Origin: Takakia lepidozioides
Taxonomy: Eukaryota > Plantae > Bryophyta
DNA: 64,000 nt
NCBI GenBank assembly: GCA_030704615.1
Contig: CM060732.1
Location: 2,852,001 to 2,916,000 of the forward strand
Direction of reading: 5' to 3'
The stretch's first letter is position 1. The number at the start of each line of letters is the position of its first letter. The notes under the pieces are model-generated. The model was not told where the DNA came from. It saw only the letters and a program-made list of their open reading frames with translations, and searched no databases. Below are positions 36,928 to 50,251 of this stretch, in pieces. The translations under genes and the position numbers were made by a program.

Positions 36928-39900
36928 ATGACACGTACAGAGTTGAAGCTGCCACAATCTTTCTCAGGCAAAGTTACCCGGAAGCCTCGAAAATGGGTCA
37001 AAAAACCTTCTTGGGGACCATGGGGTTCCACGCAACAAGACACCGAAAATCGTCCCCCAAATCTTGACTTCAATGCGATAGAGCAGATTGCTGATGGCGT
37101 GGAGAAGATGATACTGGCTTGGAGCCACCCGAACGAAGGGCAAGGGGATTTGAACTCTGGCCATGTCACAGGTCCCTTTGACGATGAGGGCTTAGCAGCT
37201 GAGAAGGAGATCTCTAGCATACGTACGTTCCAACAGGATGGCCAGGTGAAACCTCTGGATCCTCTCACTGCATGCAGGTTGCCTCTGAAACACTGCCGTA
37301 GACATAGTTTGAATGGTGTATGCTCTGCACTGTTCTTAAAAATGTCGAACAGAGGAGACTCTCACTAAAATGGGAGTCTTCTGCAACATTGATAAATACG
37401 ACCACGGTCCCTTCTTGTGTGGGGGGACAGGGGAGGCACCCAGTACAGATTTTATAGAGCAATTACTAAGCCATAAAATGCTGGTACGATGCCCACCAGA
37501 GCAGCCTTCTGAGTAGAGTCAAACCATAGTAGTGATCTAGGTTACCTACAAATGAAATGAAATGGTACTTTATAACATCCACAGAAAGCTCAAAGAGCTT
37601 ATGGGACAAAATGGAAAAAAACAAGAGAGAGGAGAAAAAACCAAAGCCAAAAAGCAGCCCAAAAGCAACTACTGCTCAAGGGATTGCCTAAGGCCTGGCA
37701 CACCCAAAAGGACAGCACAGGGAGAGGCCCCACTGGTTCTAGCTCCCTCTCCCAAGTTTTTGGTTGGGAGGAAGACGCGTGATGGACTGTGTCCTTAAGG
37801 GTGCATCATTGCCAAAGCTTGCAAGGAACTGGCACTGAGCTCATTGTTCTCTGTTAAATAGAAAATCCCACACAAGAATTTGCAGACAAGTTTCCAATGT
37901 TATAACGGCTCTGGACCTCATTGTGCTAAGACTGTATACATCCCACTTCTGAAATGAATTCATGGAAGGATTCTGCCATCTCTTCAGCAGGTGGAGAATA
38001 TTGGCACCCCCCAGTCAAGCAAGAGCGAGAGCTCCCAAAGCTTCCACAAGGGATCAGATGATATTGACTACATCCCCCCTATTCAAATCCAGGAACATCC
38101 TGGCGGGAGTGCAATTACAGCTGAAATTCCAGGTGGGATCACTGCAGAAATCTCTCTCAATGGAAACTGCCCAGGAGCTGGGATGGGGAGTGCAATCAGT
38201 GAAATTGTGAGAGAAGCAGTGAAACACAGGTACGCTGGGCAGATATATTTCTACTAGAAAATATCCTGATAGAAGTGGCTTTTGAAACTCTTGAGGGTCT
38301 GGGAAAGAATTTTATACCCTGTATTTCACATTTAAAAATGTTTCTTGAAGCAACAGTAATTCTTAGGATTTTTGGGAATCTGTCTGAAAGGCAAAGGGGA
38401 ACACATTGATGACATATCTTCCAAGTTTCAAGGCTACCTTAATATTTGAAGCCAGGAGGTAGCTGATCTGCAGTGCTTTTATAGTGTCAAAATGTATCAG
38501 TCCTCTCTCAGAAAAGAGGGATGGGACTCAACATTTGTTTTTCGCAATTGGCAATGACAGTGGAACAATCATGAAAGGAGACACGCGAACTGAGAAAACT
38601 GTGACAAAGACAGCAACCTACTGGTACTTGGAGGCAAGCAATGGTGTATCTGGAAATCGAATGAGAGTTTGTGCAGAGGAAGAGAAAGGACATGAGAGCG
38701 CGGGTGGGAGAGAGCTAAACATTAGAGAGGACAATCCTGGACCTCCCCCCCAAAAATTTCCCAGTAACAAAGTTCTTGGAACTAGACATGATGAGCCAAA
38801 GGATATGGGATTGGACCGGCCTGGGAACTGTGCTTCCCTACCCGAGAGAGAGAAGTTGGGAAAGAGGGTCCAAAGTGCTCGGGGAGGTGCCAAAAAAAAA
38901 ATGCAGCTGTCTGTTAACAAGAAAACGAAGAGGATAGAGACAAATCACCATGTGCTAGCTCAGCGCCTAGCCCCACCGCAGCAGGCGACATCTCAGCTGA
39001 CACAAGTTCAGCGCAAGAGTGCTTGTTACTCAGGAGATGAAGAGTCAATGAGCAGTGATAGGAGCAAGTCCCCAATACTTGATAGCCTATCAGAATGCAG
39101 CAATGACATGCCTTTGGCCCATGATCTAATGGCCGATGCATCTAATTATGAGGCTTGGAATCCCCGAGCCCAAGAGTTAGTCCAGGCAGTGCAAATGGGT
39201 GAGTATACATTGCTGTATTTTGAATGCATGACTGACAAAAGTAAGAGTCAAAGGGGAAAATAGGTGTGGATAACAAGGGAGGAAGTTGAGAATGTACTCT
39301 TAGTTTGCCGTAGCCTTGTGGCCATTGACCCTTCGCCCATTTTGGGCGGAACAAAAGGGACCAGAAACTACCTTTGTGAGGGGCTCACTGCAGTAGTGTT
39401 GGTATAAACAATTAGTTCGGGCCTTCCAGATATCCTCTAGGAAGCCCTTTACACAAGCATCAATCTGCTGTGTGTGAGCAGCCCAAAAGTTGGACCCCAA
39501 CAGGGCTTTAGGCTCAGGTCTCAAGATTTTGCAAGTTGATGAACAGAGGTGCCGGGACAATGTTTTTGATCGTCCTGAAGAGGGTCACTCTCTGGTGAGA
39601 ATATCCCGGACTATGTATCAGAAATTGGATATTGTCTTCAGGTTGCCCGCACATCGGGCAATTACAATCTCCTCTTCCTCTCTGCATCTGTTTATTGTTC
39701 AAAGGTAGGCTTCCCGCCCCCGAGTTTAAATTTCAGTTTAGTGCCAAGGGTAGGTAGAGAGAGAGAGAGAGAGAGAGGATGTACTCGACGTTGTTTGCCA
39801 TAGCCTTGTGGCCATTGACCCCGCGGAACACAAAGGGACAGAACCTACCTTTGTCAGGGGCTGACGCCGGTAGTAAGACTTACCTTGGAATAAACAATTG

Positions 39901-42900
39901 ATCCGGGTTTTCCAAAAATCCTCTGTAAATCTCTTTACACAAGCGTCAACCTGCTGTGTGTGGCAGGCACAATTCCCTTGATAGATGAGCATCTCTCTGG
40001 TGAGAAATGAAATGAAATGAAACTTTATAACGTCCACGGAAAGCTCAAAGAGAACCCCGGACAATGAATCAGAAAATGATTATTGTCCTCCGGTTGCCCG
40101 CACAACAGGCAATTGCACTCTCCCGTTCCTCTCTGCTTCTGTTTGCTGTTCAAAGGTAGGCTTCCCGCCCTGAGAGAGAGAGAGAATGTACTCATAAGAC
40201 GTTGTTTGCCGTAGGCTTGTGGCCATTGACCCCGCGCCCAGTTTGAGCGGAACACAAAGGGACAGAACCTACCTCTGTCAGGGGCTGCGGTCGGTAGTAA
40301 GACTTACCTTGATAAAGAACATTGATCCGGGTTTTCCAGATATCCTCTAGAAATCCCTTCACACAAGTATCAATCTGCTGTGTGTGGTTTGCCCAATAAC
40401 TAGGCCCCAGAAGGGCCTGGGCTTTTGGCTCAGTCTCAAGACTTTCAAAGTTGGTAAACAGAGGTACAGGCACAATTCCCATGATAAATTTGAGGAGAGC
40501 GTCTCTCTGTTGAGAGAACCCCGGATAGTGAATCAGGAAATGAATATTGTCTTCGGGTTGCCCACACAACGGACAATTGCACTGTCCCTTTCCTCTCTGC
40601 TTCTGTTTGCTGTTCAAAGGTAGGCGTCCTCTGAGTTTAAATTTCAGTCTAGTGCCGAGAGTGGGTAGACCCTTGAGGTCATCCATGATGTCCTCCCCCA
40701 TGTCACAGACTGGAAACAAGTTCAGGGAAGTTTTCTGCCTAACTTCATTTTCATCAGACAATTTCCTGGCAACAGACATGGCTTTGGACACTAAAGCCTC
40801 TAAGTCAGGTTTATCCAGCAGGGTCAAGACTTGCTGGTCCAGATTCAGATCCTTGAGAATCTCTTCTACTCTCTTCTGCCAGGACTTAGCCAGTTTGACA
40901 GGGCGGTCCTGTTTCCAAGATATACAGTCGATTAACTTAGGATATCTGGTGTTGGACATGTGTTGCAGCTGACCCCACCATCTGACCTTGAATTCATCTC
41001 GTCGGGAGCTTAAGGAAGGGATGCCAAACTCACCCCGAACAGCCACATTGGCTGTTTTGGAGCATGCTGACATGCACCCCTTAAGCACCCCCACTTGAAT
41101 GGATTCTAGAGACTTAGCGTGGTTGGAGTTATGAACCCATATTGCAGATGCGTACTCCAAGGCAGGTTTAATAACGCGACAAAGCACGGTTTTCTTGACC
41201 TCAGAGTTGATCCCTCTGCAGTGGAAAAATCTAGTGAGACCCAGCGCTTTGCCCTTGCCAGTTTGAACAACTTTCTGGATATGTGCATCCCAGTTGCAGC
41301 TGGAGGAAAACTCAACGCCCAGGTATGTGTAGGAAGGGAGGACCGGGATTTCTTGGCTACCCCACTGCCACTTGAGATCACTTCCTCCCTCTCCTCTGTT
41401 GTTGAATGCCACTACTGCACATTTACTGACGTTAGCCTCTAGCCCCCAGAGATCAAAGTATCTCTTCACGAAATCAATCAACTCCAGGAGTTTGGAAGGA
41501 GTCTCCCCTATGCCTGCGAAGTGATCCGCAAACATAAGGGCTCGTATGGTGGCATCACCCACCCTTACATCCTTGAGCTACACCTTGGTCTATGTCAAAG
41601 AAGTTAGACTTCTGTCCATTAACAATGACACAACTTTTGGTGTGGGCATACAAGTTATGGACAACTCTCCACATTTTTCCCTTGATCCCACATGACCAGA
41701 GGCGGAGCCATAGACCATCTCTCCACACTGTGTCATAAGCCTTTTTGACATCCCAAGAAAAAAACATGTGGGTTTCCCTTCTTTTTTCCTTCCCTGAATA
41801 CTCTGGCTTAGAGTGAAGATACGATCCACACAGCCCCTGTTTCGCCGAAAGCCAGCTTGGCCGTCGTGGAAACAACCTCTAGATTCCAGATCAACCTCGA
41901 GACGAGTACTTATAACTCTGCAAAATATCTTGCCAACAGCATTGAGGAGCGTGATGCCACGGTAGTTCCCCGGTTCTTCTCTGTCACCCTTCTTGTATAG
42001 ATTGACAATGACACCCTGTCGCCAGCGAAAGGGGATCATTTCAGTCTTCCAGATAAGGTTAAAGAGGAGAACTAAGGCCTCTATCATGGGATCGCCACCG
42101 TGCTTGATAAGCTCATTGACTATGCCATCAGGTCCACCAGCTTTATATCCGTTTGAATGCTCAATTGCTTCCACAATCTCAGAAGAACTAATCATGAGGG
42201 AGAGAGAGAGTAACGCGGTGGCAGTGATGAGACCAACGGAATACAGGGTGAAGCAGTCGGTACTGAATTCTGCTTTCTGGGGGTGGGGAGGGGGCGCAGG
42301 GTCATTAGGCAGAAAAATGGCAGCAATGGAAAGCATATCCAATGATGATATATTGGAACGCAGAATGGCCTCCCTGACCAACATCCCTCCCTTCACACTT
42401 CACACGGTTCTCCTTCTCTCTTACTACCAGTGTTGCAGCCACAAAATTGTCACATTTTCCAAATCGAATTACTTTCTAATTACTCAAACACAGCAATTTA
42501 AGCTGTAGTGAGTGGTTTATCCATAAATGGGTGATACTCAAGTAAGATGGCACGGCTTTATGGCAAGGGACAGTAATAAGTGTCAAACCAACCCACATTC
42601 TCACATAGTCCAGTCTCTGAAATTTTCTTGTGCAAAGGAAGTGGAGGCAGACCATGCAGTACATCAAAACAGTAAGGAGGTTGAAGACCTCCAGATTGCA
42701 TTGCTTGAGTGTGCTATGGAGTATGAACTTAAGGTTGTCTTTCCATCCCTCCAAATTGAGCTGCCATCCTTTCTTATTCTAAAATTGAACTCTCCCATTA
42801 GTTCTTCTGAGATTGTGGAAGCAATTGAACATTAAAATGGATATAAAGCTGGTGGACCTGATGGTATTGTCAACGAGCACGGTGGCGATCCCATGATAGA

Positions 42901-45900
42901 GGCCCTAGTTCTCCTCTTTAACCTTATCTGGAAGACTGAAATGATCCCCTTTCGCTGGCGACAGGGGGTCATTGTCAATCTATACAAGAAGGGTGACAGA
43001 GAAGAACCGGGGAACTACCGTGGCATCACGCTCCTCAATGCTGTTGGCAAGACATTTTGCAGAGTTATAAGTACTCGTCTCGAGGTTGATCTGGAGTCTA
43101 GAGGTTGTTTCCACGAAGGCCAAGCTGGCTTTCGGCGAAACAGGGGCTGTGTGGATCATATCTTCACTCTAAGCCAGATTATCCAGGGAAGGAAAAAAGA
43201 AGGGAAACCCACTTATGTTTTATTCCTGGATGTCAAAAAGGCTTATGACACAGTGTGGAGAGATGGCCTATGGTTCCGCATCTGGTCTTGTGGGATCAAG
43301 GGAAAGATGTGGAGAGTTGTCCACAACTTGTATGCTCACACCAAAAGCTGTGTCACTGTTAACGGACAGAAGTCCAACTTCTTTGACATAGACCAAGGTG
43401 TAGCTCAAGGTTGTACTCTCTCCCTCTGCTCTTCAATGTTTTCATCAATCAACTCCTCGAGGATGTGGAAAGTGAGGGATTTGGGTTAAGGGTGGGTGAT
43501 ACCACCATACCAGCCCTTATGTTTGCGGATGACTTCGCAGGCATAGGGGAGACTCCAACCAATCTCCAGGAGTTGATTGATTGCGCGAAGAGATACTTTG
43601 ATCTTTGGGGGTTAGAGGCTAATGTCAGCAAATGTGCAGTGGTAGCATTCAACGACAGAGGAGAGGGAGGAAGTGATCTTAAGTGGCAGTGGGGTAGCCA
43701 AGAGATCCCGGTCCTCCCTTCCTACACTTACCTGGGCGTTGAGTTTTCCTCCAATTGTAATTGGGATGCACATATCCGGAAAGTTGTTCAAACTGGCAAG
43801 GGCAAAGCTCTGGGGCTCACGAAATTTTTCCACTGCAGAGGGGTCAACTCTGAGGTTAAGAAAATCATGCTTTGCCGCGTTATTAGACCTGCCTTGTAGT
43901 ACGGATCTGCTATATGGGTTGATAACTCCAACCAGGCTAAGTCTCTAGAATCCATTCAAGTGGGGGTGCTTAAGGAGTGTATGTCAGCATGCTCCAAAAC
44001 AGCCAATGTGGCTGTTCGGGGTGAGTTTGGCATTCCGTCCTTAAGCTCCCGACGAGATGAATTCAAGGTCAGATGGTGGGGTCAGCTGCAACATATGCCC
44101 AACACCAGATATCCTAAGTTAATCGACTCTATATCTTGGAAACAGGAACGCCCTGTCAAACAGGCTAAGTCCTGGCAGAAGAGAGTAGAAGAGATTCTCA
44201 AGGACCTGGACCTGGATCCGCAAGTCTTGACCCTGCTGGATAAATCTGACTTAGAGGCTGTATGTCCGAAGCCATGTCTGTTGCCATGAGATTGTCTGAT
44301 GAAAATGAAGTTAGGCAGAAAACTTCCCTGAACTTGTTTCCAGTCAGTGACATGGGGGAGGACATCTTGGATGACCTCAAGGGTCTACCCACTCTCGGCA
44401 CTAGACTGAAATTTAAACTCAGGGCAGGAAGCCTACCTTTGAACAGCAAACAGAAGCAGAGAGGAAAGGGAGAGTGCAATTGCCCGTTGTGTGGGCAATC
44501 TGAAGACAGTATTCATTTTCTGATACACTGTCCAGGGTTCTCTCACCAAAGAGACGCTCTCTTCAAATCTATCAAGGGAATTGTGCCTGTACCCCTGTTT
44601 ACCAACTTTGAAAGTCTCGAGGCTGAGCCAAAAGCCCAGGCCCTCCTGAGGCCTAGTTTTTGGGCAAATCACACACAGCAGATTGATGCTTGTGTGAAGG
44701 GATTTCTAGAGGATATCTGGAAAACCCGGATTAATTCTATATATGAAGGTAAGTCTTACTACCAACGTCAGCCCCTGACAGAGGTAGGTTCTGTCCCTTT
44801 TGTTCCCGCTCAAACTGGGCGCGGGGTCAATGGCCACAAGGCTACGGCAACAACGTCTTATGAGTACAATCTCTAGAATCCATTCAAGTGGGGGTGCTGA
44901 AGGAGTGTATGTCAGCATGCTCCAAAACAGCCAATGTGGCTGTTCGGGGTGAGTTTGGCATTCCGTCCTTAAGCTCCCGACGAGATGAATTCAAGGTCAG
45001 ATGGTGGGGTCAGCTGCAACATATGCCCAACACCAGATATCCTAAGTTAATCGACTCTATATCTTGGAAACAGGACCGCCCTGTCAAACAGGCTAAGTCC
45101 TGGCAGAAGAGAGTAGAAGAGATTCTCAAGGACCTGGACCTGGAGCCACAAGTCTTGACCCTGCTGGATAAATCTGACTTAGAGGCTGTAGTGTCCAAAG
45201 CCAGGTCTGTTGCCATGAGATTGTCTGATGAAAATGAAGTTAGGCAGAAAACTTCCCTGAACTTGTTTCCAGTCGGTGACATGGGGGAGGACATCTTGGA
45301 TGACCTCAAGGGTCTACCCACTCTCGGCACTAGACTGAAATTTAAACTCAGGGCAGGAAGCCTACCTTTGAACAGCAAACAGAAGCAGAGAGGAAAGGGA
45401 GAGTGCAATTGCCCGTTGTGTGGGCAATCTGAAGACAGTGTTCATTTTCTGATACACTGTCCGGGGTTCTCTCACCAAAGAGACGCTCTCTTCAAATCTA
45501 TCAAGGGAAACGTGCCTGTACCCCTGTTTACCAACTTTGAAAGTCTCGAGGCTGAGCCAAAAGCCCAGGCCCTCCTGAGGCCTAGTTTTTGGGCAAATCA
45601 CACACAGCAGATTGATGCTTGTGTGAAGGGATTTCTAGAGGATATCTGGAAAACCCGGATTAATTCTATATATGAAGGTAAGTCTTACTACCAACGTCAG
45701 CCCCTGACAGAGGTAGGTTCTGTTCCTTTTGGTCCCGCTCAAACTGGGCGCGGGGTCAATGGCCACAAGGCTACGGCAAACAACGTCTTATGAGTACAAT
45801 CTAAAATTGAACTCAGGGTAGGCAGAGCTTTCAGTTGAGAATGCACTACAAAAGTGGTTTATGTGTGCTAGACAGCTATTTAGTGAAAGAATTATGAGAG

Positions 45901-48900
45901 GCAGCGGTCTCTGTTTCTCTCTTCTCAATCCTCATCACCTAATTGTACCTTTCTGACCTATCCAACCTGGGCTAAAGGGCACAGCAAGCATGGTTCTATT
46001 GATTACATCTATCTTTATCACTTTTTCCCTCTCTACTTCTTATCTCAGTCATTCTGAGATATCTACCAGTTCTCATGGCCAGAAGACCTTCCTGAAAGCT
46101 TCTAATGTCTTCTGCTTACCAATGTGCAGACAATTGAGATGAAGATGAGATTGAAGACCATTGAAACGCAACCACCCAGCAAGTGCCCTCAGCTGCAGCT
46201 TGAGTCTGGGTCCCTTGGGAAGGCATGCTGCAATAAATCCAGAGAGATGGTTCTAATGGTCAGAACTGCCCCTTTGGTAAATCCTTTCACTGGTTGTTTG
46301 CCACATGTAACCAACACACAAGCAAGAACAGATGTCAGCTACTTGTCTTAGGCTCGCAGGCAGGCACTCTATCCAACAACTAACAAGTCCTATAGTTTGG
46401 AGGTCCTTTGGTAGAGAAAGGTTTCTGTCAGTGACTGGTATTTTCTTATGCATGTCAGAGGGAGTTGGTGTAAGAAAGTACTATCGACTCCAATTGTATA
46501 TTTGGAAGGAGGATATAACTGTTGTTGGTTTTCAGAAGACTTTCACCATGAGGGAAACAAACATGCACAAAGGAGAAGATCACATCTGAAAATCAGACAT
46601 TCCAAACCACCAGTGTAATTGTTCTCGATATTGCTGGATCGGCAGGGAGGACCAGAGTCACAAAGGGTGGAGATCATAAAGAGGCAGGTGTTCAAACTGC
46701 AGCACGAGAAAGCCGCCTTAAAGAAGGATGTGATAGATCTGAAGAAGAGAGAGAAGTGCCCCCTCAACCTATCTACTTATTCCAGTCTCCAAATATTAAA
46801 CCATTGCATGCTGTAGTATATACCTGATCCTGTCCACTTCATATAGAGGAAATTACAATCATTGTTCTATCTAGGGGTATTTGCAGATTTTGGAATTGTG
46901 TAGCCTGCAATCATATGAAGCAATGTAATCATAAGTCACAGATAAATACACGAGATGTGTGGTACCCCACATTTTAACTGCTGAGAGGGAGAGGAGTGAA
47001 GAGCTGTAGGTGGGAGGGCAGGTGGGAGGGAGGAATAGAGAATCAGAAAATTGGAAAAAGAAAGAAAATGTTTAGTGGAGAGAATATACTCATAAGACGT
47101 TGTTTGCCGTAGCATGTAGCGGAGAGAAATGGAGAGGAAAAGAAGGTGATGAAAATGAGCTGGAGGGGGAGGGGGCTGGCATTCTTAGGCAGTTTGAACT
47201 GCAGAGGAGAAGCTTGGATGATGCACTGCAGAGGGTCAACCGCCTTCAACGGTCTGTTTTCTCTTCCTAACAAGGACAATTCCTGCTCCAGTCTAAAGCT
47301 GCGCTCAGACACAGCCCACTGTCATGGTTTATAACATGTGCATTAGACCTAGCCTTTCCAGGGAATGGTCAATAAATAAATATCCCAGCCCGTTTCTGCT
47401 GCATGCCAACAGGGACCAGTCCTATAGCTGCAAGGGTACAGCAAGAGAAGTATACAGAGTACAACTCTTTCTTTCTTGCTATCCATCTGAATCTGAAGAG
47501 GGACTGACAGTTTTGGCCACGAGGCTATGGCAAGCACTCTTCCCATCTTTTGTAAGAGGTCAATCAAAGCAAAATGACATGTCTAGGCAGTGCAGGTGTA
47601 TGAAAATAGCTCCCATCCCTCCCTCCTTCTCACTACCCATCTCCCACATACTAGTGAGTGACCATTGAAGCGAAAAAGAGCTGATGGAGATGCAGAGATC
47701 TAGTTAAAAAGGAGCACAAAGTGGTTGAGTGGCAGCTGCGCCGCAAGTATGCCGAGGCTCAGCTTCAGGAGGCAGAAACAGCACTGCAAAGGACCGAGAT
47801 TGGTGAACTTGCAGAAGCTCTGCCGGGTGATCCCTCTCACTTGCTGGCCATGCTGCCCACCCTTCGAGATTGGCTTCAATCCCTGAAGAAGGTTACCTCA
47901 AGCACCTCAAAGGAGTTTAGTGCACAGAACTTCATTTTGCTGACCAATCTTTCTGGGGAAAGAGATGGAATCCCTCTTTCATCTCCAACATAGCTAGAAA
48001 GTCCAAAGGTCCAGCAGAGGACGATTGCCTTCTCCTGATAGCTTGCATACTTTCAATCTGAGTCGGTCCTCCCTTCCAATTGTTTCCATCACAGCTAGAA
48101 ATGTGCAAACGGACTGTACTCATAAGCTAGAAGAGGTATACTGCATCTGTGAGACAGAAAGGCCTTGACAGAGATAAATGATATCACAAAGATGCCAGCT
48201 GTTTTCTTCCTAAATGGCAAGAGTTCTATAATCTGTCAAATTGCCTAACACGTGGACTAGGAAAACAGTGACTGCTGAGGGTTCAGTGGAAGGACCAGGT
48301 TACTGGCAACATGCTAAGATAGGAATGCAAGCAGGATCAGCAGTATGAAGCAAGCTTGTTCGACAAGGCAGCTGATGGCTTCCCACTCTGGGCTGAGCAT
48401 TCTTTTGTGGTAAACTTTCACAACCTCCAGCTTTCTCTGGCACCCTAGTAGGGAAAATGTGAATCCATGTGCATTTGGATAGCATTCGTCATTTGATGCT
48501 GTGGGATGGACATTCTGAATTATAGCCCTTCTCACAATCATGCCAGTTGAAATATCCCCAGACATGCCAAAACAATTCAACCCTCCTTGAGTTGGATTTA
48601 GCTCCCATGGAGTCAAACTATGCTACCGATCTCCTCACATTCCCAGCCCCCAATCTCTCCCCCGAGTCTGCTAGACTTGTGTGGTCAGTGGGTTTTAAGA
48701 CCACAAGGATATTGCAAGTGAAATAAATCTCCACCCTTTCACTCAACTTCCTGTCTGGCCTCCATTATCTGTCGGTTATATAAGGCTCCATCATCAATTG
48801 GTTTATCCTATGATGTTGCTAGACAGCATGAAAGGGTGGAGAATCAAGTCAGTTATGAGGCATATCGTTGGCATTCCAAAATAGGTGAGACATTTGAACT

Positions 48901-50251
48901 CCTAGATGGGAATACATTGTTATGGAAAATGGAAAGCGAGTTGTGCATTTGACTGGCTTGTTTTGATATAGCAGAATTAGCTAGAATGCATCTATTGCAA
49001 GTACAGAGTACAGTGTATATACAGGAACGAGCAGGGTTTGGTGATGAAGAAATACAGCCTGCACCACCATGCACTCCCGGCGAAGTGGATGCCATTGTGA
49101 GTAATTTGAAGAGGGAAGTTCAAGGTTTGCAAAAGGAGCTGGGCAAACTGGCCTGCCGCAGTTGGAAGCACAAAAATACGGCTGTGAGTTCTTTCTGAGC
49201 TTCACTTTTGCACTTAATCAGGTTTTGACTTTTTGGAATCTTTTTGGGAAACTTCTTTCGGTCCCACAAGTCCTTTAGGTGCATTTTTTGCCTTCTTCTG
49301 TGGATAGAGACTGGTAGATTGGACAACCAGCAACATGAAGACCGCCTATGACATGCTTGCGCTGGGAACAACAGGGAAATCGAAAGTGAATAACATTTCA
49401 TCTTTCACTGTATTTCACCTATGAGATCCGTGGGAGATCCAGTTGTCTATTCCGTGATGCCCAATCTCTCACAGAGGTCTTTCACTACGAGGATCAGAAA
49501 TGCTCAGCAGCTTACTTGCATGAGGCTTTTAGTTTTAGACAACCCCTTTGAGCAACAGTTGCTTTTGAGCTCCTTGTGGAGGCCCGCTCTCTCTTTCTGT
49601 TTCTTTCTTTCTCTTGTCCCACAAGCTCTTTGAGCTTTCTGCAGATGTTATAAAGTGCCATTTCATTTTATTTCTTTCAGCTCCATCAGTACAAGGTGCC
49701 GGTTCCTACAACCGCAAATTGCAGGAATTACTCTTCAGTAGATCTCCCCATCTCTCACATTCATGCCATCTCACTGTCATGGACAAAGCTACCATACCAA
49801 GCAAAGTGTATCGAGTACATCTGCCTGCCAAACTTTGCCAGAAAATGAATTTTCTGGCACCTCCCCCCTTCTCACATCACCTTTCCCAATCTTCACAAGT
49901 CCAAGATAGAGACGTAGGTGTATGTAGGGACTGTTTGGGAAAAACAAGAAGAAAGAAAAGAATGCAAGCAAAATCCTATGGTGTCCATGGAAGTACAGAT
50001 GATGTGGTGATTGCTTGGGGATATACCATGTATTAAGCAGTCTGTTCATTCGAAGATGCCATGACTGTCATTGAGAGCCCTTTCCTTGGAATCCAACTGA
50101 AGTCACAGTGATAATATTGCAGCAACTTCAACAGGAGATTAAACAAGACCTTGAGAGCAAACTTGCAGGCAAGGCAGGACTTGGCCTGCTCTCGGGCCGC
50201 CTGCCATCACAGTTCCTAAATCACAGCCGGATTCTTCCTGGCACTGACTAG
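36928..50251 (+). CDS. Host multi-exon gene: low-complexity N-terminus, coiled-coil-like C-terminus, function unknown
   Basis: Exon model: 36928-37245, 37991-38229, 38501-39198, 42609-42733, 46130 to about 46250 (donor unresolved), 46646 to about 46755, 47696-47891, 49025-49183, 50135-50251. The resolved junctions are phase-compatible GT-AG. Heptad-like segments such as IKRQVFKLQHEKAALKKDVIDLKK and IVSNLKREVQGLQKEL. Confidence 0.6.
39288..40170 (-). mobile_element. Two stacked, older 3' fragments of the RTE-X-like LINE
   Basis: 3' ends (reverse complement of GAGTACAT(T/C)CTC) at about 39289 and 39775; both encode CNCxxCGQPEDNxxFLIH. Confidence 0.88.
40183..42193 (-). mobile_element. 5'-truncated RTE-X-like LINE (RT plus C-terminal Zn motif), defective
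   Basis: GPDGI...PGNYRGITLL...QAGFR...DVKKAYDTV...QGVAQGC. An internal deletion near 41575 removes the SPLLF region, and FADD appears as FADH. Ends in (GA)n. Confidence 0.93.
42793..45799 (+). mobile_element. 5'-truncated RTE-X-like LINE with a tandemly duplicated 3' 0.93 kb
   Basis: 15-bp TSD TCTAAAATTGAACTC at 42778-42792 and 45800-45814. RT motifs including MFADD and CPLCGQSEDSIHFLIHC. 43943-44869 is repeated at 44870-45799. Frameshifts near 43420 and 44262; stop at 43897. No endonuclease domain present. Confidence 0.95.
47080..47113 (-). mobile_element. About 30-bp extreme 3' end of the RTE-X-like LINE
   Basis: gagaatatactcataagacgttgtttgccgtag matches 40182-40213. Confidence 0.75.
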
